Shown here: positions 60,003 to 64,000 of the stretch, in pieces
How positions within the stretch are numbered: the stretch's first letter is position 1
Layout: every line of letters starts with the position of its first letter
Assembly (NCBI GenBank): GCA_947624355.1
Contig: CANQKI010000002.1
Span: 6,832-70,831, forward strand
Source of the DNA: an uncultured Clostridia bacterium
Lineage (GTDB): Bacteria; Bacillota; Clostridia; Christensenellales; Aristaeellaceae
Length of the DNA: 64,000 bases
Reading direction: 5' to 3'
The notes under the pieces: model-generated
The model's input: the letters and a program-made list of their open reading frames with translations, nothing else
What the model was told of the DNA's origin: nothing
Database searches by the model: none
Position numbers and translations under genes: made by a program

Positions 60003-60320
60003 ATGGCGGTGATTATTCATCGCAAACTGGTGCGGGACCGGATTCCCGAAATCATCCGGCAATCTGGGGCCGAGCCCGTGTGCCGCACGCTGAACGGGGA
60101 AGAAAAACTGGCCGCCCTCAAGGAAAAGCTCTGCGAGGAAGCGGCAGAATTCAGGCAGTCCGGTGAAATGGAAGAATTGGCGGACGTGGCGGAGGTATTG
60201 CGCGCCCTTCTGCGGGAAACGGGCATTTCCCGGGATGCGCTGGAAAATGCCCGCGCCCGGAAATACAGGGAACGGGGCGGTTTTGACGGGGGCGTCTGGC
60301 TGGAGGAAGTGCGGAAATAA
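60003..60320 (+). CDS. MazG-like / phosphoribosyl-ATP pyrophosphohydrolase-like nucleotide pyrophosphohydrolase
   Basis: KLVRDRIPEII start and the EExxE metal motif (EKLCEEAAEF ... EELADVAEV), 105 aa. ATG 60003 follows GGAGGAAGAAGG. Confidence 0.65.
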   Translation: MAVIIHRKLVRDRIPEIIRQSGAEPVCRTLNGEEKLAALKEKLCEEAAEFRQSGEMEELADVAEVLRALLRETGISRDALENARARKYRERGGFDGGVWLEEVRK

Positions 60321-60426
60321 AGAACAGTGTGCGGCAAAATCCTCTTTCTTTTTTCGTAAAAATGGCGTATGATAAGAACAGACAGAGGGGGGATTGCATA
60401 CGCGCACCAAGCTTCGGGATCGGGTC

Positions 60427-61068
60427 ATGCCCGATTACACCAAGGGCGAGGAAATCTTCAACATGACGTCCCACATCGTGGGTGGCGGCATCGGTGTGAT
60501 TGTGCTGGTGCTGTGCGTCGTCCGTGCGGCCCTGCACGGAAACGCCTGGGGCGTGGTGGGCAGCGTGGTGTACGGCATTTCCATGATTATGCTCTACACC
60601 ATGTCCAGCATCTATCACGGCCTGCGGGACGGCATGGGCAAGCGCACCCTGCAGGTGCTGGATCACTGTACCATTTATTTTCTCATTGCGGGCACCTACA
60701 CGCCCATTCTGCTCAGCGCCATGCGGCCCATCGATCCCGCGGCCAGCTGGGTGCTGTTCGGCGTGGTGTGGGGGTTGGCGGCCCTGGCCATTACGCTGAA
60801 CGCCATTGACCTGAAAAAATACCGGGTCTTTTCCATGATCTGCAATATCGGCATGGGCTGGGCCGTGATCGTCAAGGCGGGGCTGCTGATGGAGGCCCTG
60901 GGCGCGGCGGGGTTCTGGCTGGTCCTGTCCGGCGGCATTGCCTATACCGTGGGGGCGGTGCTTTACGGCCTGGGCAAAAAGGCCCGGTATATGCACAGCG
61001 TCTTCCACCTGTTCGTGGTGCTGGGCAGCATTTTGCAATTTCTGGCCATTTTCCTGTACGCCCTGTGA
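60427..61068 (+). CDS. Hemolysin III / PAQR family membrane protein
   Basis: EEIFNMTSHIVGG, SSIYHG, DHCTIYFLIAGTYTP and HLFVVLGS motifs, with 7 TM helices. Start is either ATG 60427 or TTG 60394. Confidence 0.85.
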   Translation: MPDYTKGEEIFNMTSHIVGGGIGVIVLVLCVVRAALHGNAWGVVGSVVYGISMIMLYTMSSIYHGLRDGMGKRTLQVLDHCTIYFLIAGTYTPILLSAMRPIDPAASWVLFGVVWGLAALAITLNAIDLKKYRVFSMICNIGMGWAVIVKAGLLMEALGAAGFWLVLSGGIAYTVGAVLYGLGKKARYMHSVFHLFVVLGSILQFLAIFLYAL

Positions 61069-61135
61069 AAAACCCGCGTTTGTACGGGCATGGAGCATAT
61101 AATATGGAAACAACAAAAGCAAAGGGGTTGATGAA

Positions 61136-62176
61136 ATGAAATTCGTGGTTCTGCTTTTGGCTGCGCTTCTTATTTCCGCGGGCGGCTGCCGCCACGCCCT
61201 GGCGGAGGAAGACAAAAGCCAGAATATCTTCGTGGGTTCCGCCGCGGCCGCCGGGAAGGACGCCATGCTGACCTTCCAGTTCACCAAACATGTGGGCGGA
61301 CAATGGGACGCGGCGCAGATCAACCGGGGCAGCGCCTTCCTGATGGAATACACAGGGCCTGAGGACGGAGTGCAGCTGGTGCTCATCAGCCATTCGGGCA
61401 GCAACCGCTGGGCCCCCGTGCCCCCCGACGAAACGGGCCCTAAGGGCAAGGGCTGGTACGCCCTGTTCCGGTACGATACCTTCGCCAAGCGTTACGGCGA
61501 AAACTTCGCCCGTCTGGACGAGATCCGCGCTCTGTGCACCGGGGAAGGCCGGGTGCGCCTGACCCGTCTGGCTTATGTGCCAGGGGAGGGGGAACCTGTG
61601 GATCAATCGGACGGCACGTGGGATAAGCCGGATACCGGCATCGCTTTCCTGGGGGACAGCATCGTGCAGAACGTCTTTTACAACCACGGCGACTGGAACA
61701 CCTTGCTTGGCCGGAAGGACTGCGTCAATTATGGCATCGGCAGCCAGACCACCGTCCACTGCCTGAACCGCATCGACGAAATCGCCAGGAAGCATTACAG
61801 CCAGCTGGTGCTGCTCTGCGGCATCAACGACATCGGGTCGGGCTACAAAAAAGAGGACATCGTGGGCCGGGTGGAAGCCATGTTCGACGCCGTGCGGGCC
61901 AAGAACCCGGGCATCCGCTTCGTCATCATCAGTGTGCTGCCCACCACCTCCGCCTTCTTCCGGGGAGCGCAGGACCGGATGATCGCCCTGGACGCCGACC
62001 TCAAGGCCTATGCCGACGCCCATGACGACGTGGATTTTGCCGACTGTTACGGCGATTTCGTGGGGGAGGACGGCTACTGCCGGGACGGCCTTACCCTGGA
62101 AGGGCTGCATCCCAACGCGGAGGGTTATGCCATCGTCGTGGAAAAGCTCCGGCCCTATCTTGTGCCTGAAACATGA
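61136..62176 (+). CDS. SGNH/GDSL hydrolase family lipoprotein
   Basis: Lipobox-like LLISAGGC. Block I FLGDSIV, block III GINDIG, and block V DGLHPN. Confidence 0.8.
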   Translation: MKFVVLLLAALLISAGGCRHALAEEDKSQNIFVGSAAAAGKDAMLTFQFTKHVGGQWDAAQINRGSAFLMEYTGPEDGVQLVLISHSGSNRWAPVPPDETGPKGKGWYALFRYDTFAKRYGENFARLDEIRALCTGEGRVRLTRLAYVPGEGEPVDQSDGTWDKPDTGIAFLGDSIVQNVFYNHGDWNTLLGRKDCVNYGIGSQTTVHCLNRIDEIARKHYSQLVLLCGINDIGSGYKKEDIVGRVEAMFDAVRAKNPGIRFVIISVLPTTSAFFRGAQDRMIALDADLKAYADAHDDVDFADCYGDFVGEDGYCRDGLTLEGLHPNAEGYAIVVEKLRPYLVPET

Positions 62177-62209
62177 CCGTTCAGGGCAGGGATTTTGCCG
62201 GATGAGGGC

Positions 62210-62238
62210 TTGACAATCCGCCCTGTTTTCGGTATACT
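62210..62238 (+). promoter_or_regulatory. Near-consensus sigma-A promoter upstream of the tRNA locus
   Basis: TTGACA (62210-62215), exactly 17-nt spacer, TATACT (62233-62238). Confidence 0.7.
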
Positions 62239-62257
62239 GATTCCTGCCTTGATTCGT

Positions 62258-62297
62258 GGAGCGGTATCGAAGTGGTCATAACGGCCCTGACTCGAAA
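62258..62297 (+). pseudogene. Orphan 5' half of a tRNA-Ser(CGA)-like gene
   Basis: 38/40 identity to nt 1-40 of the complete tRNA at 62434. It contains the acceptor 5' strand, the D-arm and the anticodon loop CTCGAAA, but no matching 3' stem, T-arm or acceptor 3' strand follows. Confidence 0.6.
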
Positions 62298-62433
62298 ACT
62301 GCCTCAGAATCTGGAATACCCCTTTGGGAGAGCCGGATTTTTCAAGGCTTCCGGGTTCTCGAAGATCGAAACCCAATCTCTTTCTCTCCTGATTTTCTCT
62401 CCAGACTTCTTGGCGAAAATCGGGAGAAAACTT

Positions 62434-62522
62434 GGAGCGGTATCGAAGTGGTCATAACGGACCTGACCCGAAATCAGGCGACGGGAAACCGTCCGTGGGT
62501 TCGAATCCCACCCGCTCCGCCA
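62434..62522 (+). tRNA. Type II tRNA, inferred tRNA-Ser (anticodon CGA), with C at position 33
   Basis: Folded by hand. Acceptor GGAGCGG/CCGCTCC. Anticodon stem CCTGA/TCAGG with loop CCCGAAA. Long variable arm GACGG-GAAA-CCGTC. T-arm GTGGG-TTCGAAT-CCCAC. Discriminator G. Encoded CCA. Confidence 0.8.
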
Positions 62523-62524
62523 CC

Positions 62525-62560
62525 AACCCGCCTGGAATGTGAATTTCAGGCGGGTTTTTG
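62525..62560 (+). terminator. Rho-independent terminator after the tRNA
   Basis: AACCCGCCTG (62525-62534) / CAGGCGGGTT (62547-62556) followed by TTT. Confidence 0.75.
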
Positions 62561-62586
62561 CTTGCCTCCGGATTATTGGAGAGAGA

Positions 62587-63786
62587 TCATTCCACTCGGA
62601 GCGATTCAACCTCAGTTGCTTTCAGTCCAAGTCCTGTCAGCATCGCTTCCGCAGAAGACACCTTCGAATGGAAATCCAAATGGGCGTAGATATTCGCAGT
62701 TGTGGAAAAATCGCTGTGCCCCAACCATTCTTGAATCTGCTTCATTGGAACGCCATTGGCCAACAGGATCGACGCGCAGCTATGTCTCAAATCATGAAAT
62801 CTGATGACACGGAAACCATGCTGCTGTAAGAATTGACGGAAAGCATCTGTCACATAGTCCGGACTAATCCGTACACCCAGTTGGTTGACGCAGACGTAAT
62901 CCAGATAATCCGTATTGTAGGCTTTGCCGCAAACGCGCCTGAGTTCTTTTTGCTCTGACTGTTTCCGGAGAAGAAGCTCCTTGAACATAGGAACCAAAGG
63001 AAGCGTTCTCAGGCTGGATTTCGTCTTCGTCGTATCGGAGGCAAGATCAATTTCTTTTCCGTCTACTTCTATTGTGGCCACAGTGTGATTGATCGTGATG
63101 GTATTATTTACAAAATCAATCGCACTCCAGCGTAAGCCGATACACTCGCTGCGCCGCAGCCCATAGAAAGCAGCTAACTTCACAGGCATTTCCAATAGCG
63201 TTCCCTCAACAGCCTCAAACAATTTATTGATTTCCTTGCTATCGTAGAAACTGGGCGTAAAGCTGTTTTTCCTGGGCCGGTCAATCTTATCTGCCGGATT
63301 AACAGGAATAAGATCGGTTTTGACTGCGTAACGGAGAGCCTTGTGAATGACAGCGTGGTAATGGATTACTGTATTGGGCGACACACGCTTCAGTTGATTC
63401 AAGTAGAACTCCTGAATGTCACTCGCCTGCAAGCCGCCCAATGTCAGCCCCTTTTCTTGAAAATACGGGCGAATTGGATATTGCACTATCGAATGATACG
63501 AGGAATATGTCGACGGTTTGATGGTAGTCTTGACAATATCAAGCCACTTGTCCAGATACTGCACGAAAGAGATGCCATCGCTAAGAGGCTGATTTTTTGT
63601 TTCTCCAACTTCTGGCGGCACAAATTTTTTGCGCAGATCCATGAGAATCGCTTCAGCTTTTTTCTTATTGCCTTTCACGGGCAGTCCGGTCGTAATCCAT
63701 TTTGTACAACGTTTGCCATTCCTGTCTTTGTAACTGAGGACAGCGTAGAGCTGTCCACCTTTTTCCTGTAGGTGACCTGCTACCAT
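62587..63786 (-). CDS. Tyrosine-type site-specific integrase (phage/ICE integrase family)
   Basis: 399 aa with an N-terminal AP2-like arm domain, a SAM-like core-binding domain, and C-terminal catalytic motifs (GLRRSE..., HDLRHSCASILL, LGHSDFSTTANIYAH). AGGAGG RBS. Confidence 0.92.
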   Translation of the reverse strand: MVAGHLQEKGGQLYAVLSYKDRNGKRCTKWITTGLPVKGNKKKAEAILMDLRKKFVPPEVGETKNQPLSDGISFVQYLDKWLDIVKTTIKPSTYSSYHSIVQYPIRPYFQEKGLTLGGLQASDIQEFYLNQLKRVSPNTVIHYHAVIHKALRYAVKTDLIPVNPADKIDRPRKNSFTPSFYDSKEINKLFEAVEGTLLEMPVKLAAFYGLRRSECIGLRWSAIDFVNNTITINHTVATIEVDGKEIDLASDTTKTKSSLRTLPLVPMFKELLLRKQSEQKELRRVCGKAYNTDYLDYVCVNQLGVRISPDYVTDAFRQFLQQHGFRVIRFHDLRHSCASILLANGVPMKQIQEWLGHSDFSTTANIYAHLDFHSKVSSAEAMLTGLGLKATEVESLRVE

Positions 63787-63854
63787 AATTTCCTCCTTTC
63801 GCTGCAGCAGCCACCTTCGCTGATTGGCAAGAACAGAATACCATCCTTGCCGTA

Positions 63855-64000
63855 TCAGCGCAAGGCTGTCGATTCGTTTTTGGAAAGATTATTCTGTTGC
63901 TTGAAAAATGACAGTACGTTCGCTTTAGGAATTCTGTACGCACGGCCAACTTTCAAAGCGTGAATTTTGCCATTCTTTAGCATTTTGTACCCAGTCTTTG
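63855..64000 (-). CDS. Excisionase-family helix-turn-helix DNA-binding protein, 5' end beyond the window
   Basis: The minus frame reads ...KTGYKMLKNGKIHALKVGRAYRIPKANVLSFFKQQ...ALR*, which is the typical Xis/HTH_17 pattern. Stop at 63855-63857, 68 nt upstream of the integrase start. This frame is not in the supplied ORF track. Confidence 0.6.
   Translation of the reverse strand, partial: KTGYKMLKNGKIHALKVGRAYRIPKANVLSFFKQQNNLSKNESTALR

Larger units (their letters stand above)
62523..64000. mobile_element. Left end of an integrated element (prophage/ICE/genomic island) inserted next to tRNA-Ser; continues beyond the window
   Basis: The order is tRNA, terminator, int, xis. GC is lower by hand count of single 60-nt lines: 47, 58 and 48 percent at 63001, 63121 and 63241, against 67 and 78 percent at 40021 and 21601. 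Confidence 0.7.

Noticed and set aside
60151-62110. Two long minus-strand ORFs (60151-61488 and 60872-62110) opposite the hemolysin-III and SGNH genes
   Set aside because: The plus-strand proteins show family motifs (DHCTIYFLIAG; GDS, GIND and DGLHPN blocks). The minus frames are Arg/Pro/Gly/His-rich.
62258-62433. Idea that the orphan tRNA half plus spacer is an intron-containing tRNA, a tRNA-Sec or a tmRNA
   Set aside because: No 3' acceptor or T-arm complementary to the first copy exists before the second complete tRNA. The anticodon is not UCA. The spacer (about 136 nt) is too short for a group I intron, and I could not find group I core pairings by eye. It is kept only as an unexplained duplication.
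62256-62829. ORFs 62256-62804, 62272-62457, 62304-62609 and 62539-62829 across the tRNA locus
   Set aside because: They run through a tRNA gene, hairpins and a terminator, have no RBS and give implausible peptides. The region is RNA-coding or structural.
63665-63949. 94-aa minus-strand ORF in the track upstream of the integrase
   Set aside because: A different minus frame (stop at 63855, open to the window edge) encodes a recognisable excisionase-type HTH. The tracked ORF has Arg/Cys-rich odd composition and overlaps the integrase start.

Overview
This 64-kb window is a chromosomal segment from a GC-rich Firmicutes/Clostridia-type genome. Gene content and order look Oscillospiraceae/Ruminococcaceae-like, but the taxon cannot be verified here. 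I support about 60 tightly packed protein genes, and many are joined by ATGA or other short overlaps. Content from left to right: (1) an amino-sugar cluster (GH3 hexosaminidase, MATE, NagA, ROK kinase); (2) a housekeeping run on the minus strand (ABC exporter, tsaD, DUF1461-like membrane protein, prfB, secA); (3) an FHA / FtsW-RodA / PBP operon; (4) a 13-kb minus-strand gene train running radical-SAM TIGR03960, TIGR03936, RNase G, miaB, YmcA-like, mutS, mutL, miaA, YnbB-like, HIT, P-loop ATPase; (5) glycolipid glycosyltransferase plus plsY; (6) two convergent ECF sigma / anti-sigma pairs; (7) Rrf2-nifS-nifU; (8) an hflX gene with an unusual N-terminal extension, followed by three tandem VanY-type peptidases, an RNase-H-like/TPR protein and a TPR protein; (9) DMT, DegV and MgtC genes; (10) an orphan Cys-rich protein; (11) a TIM-barrel isomerase; (12) LysR plus MATE; (13) GH51 arabinofuranosidase; (14) a five-gene HydABC-type [FeFe]-hydrogenase operon; (15) MazG-like, hemolysin-III and SGNH lipoprotein genes; (16) a tRNA-Ser locus with a duplicated 5' half, abutted by an integrase/excisionase module of lower GC that runs off the right edge. 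I saw no rRNA, CRISPR array or transposase. The many long antisense ORFs in the track are GC-driven shadow frames. Most of the window is ordinary core genome. The observations I rate highest are the tRNA/integrase junction, the JAB/MPN-like domain fused to HflX, a non-canonical H-cluster motif in HydA, the Cys-rich orphan gene, and the radical-SAM / RNase G / MiaB / RicA-like coupled block. All functional calls come from motif recognition by eye; no database search was possible.
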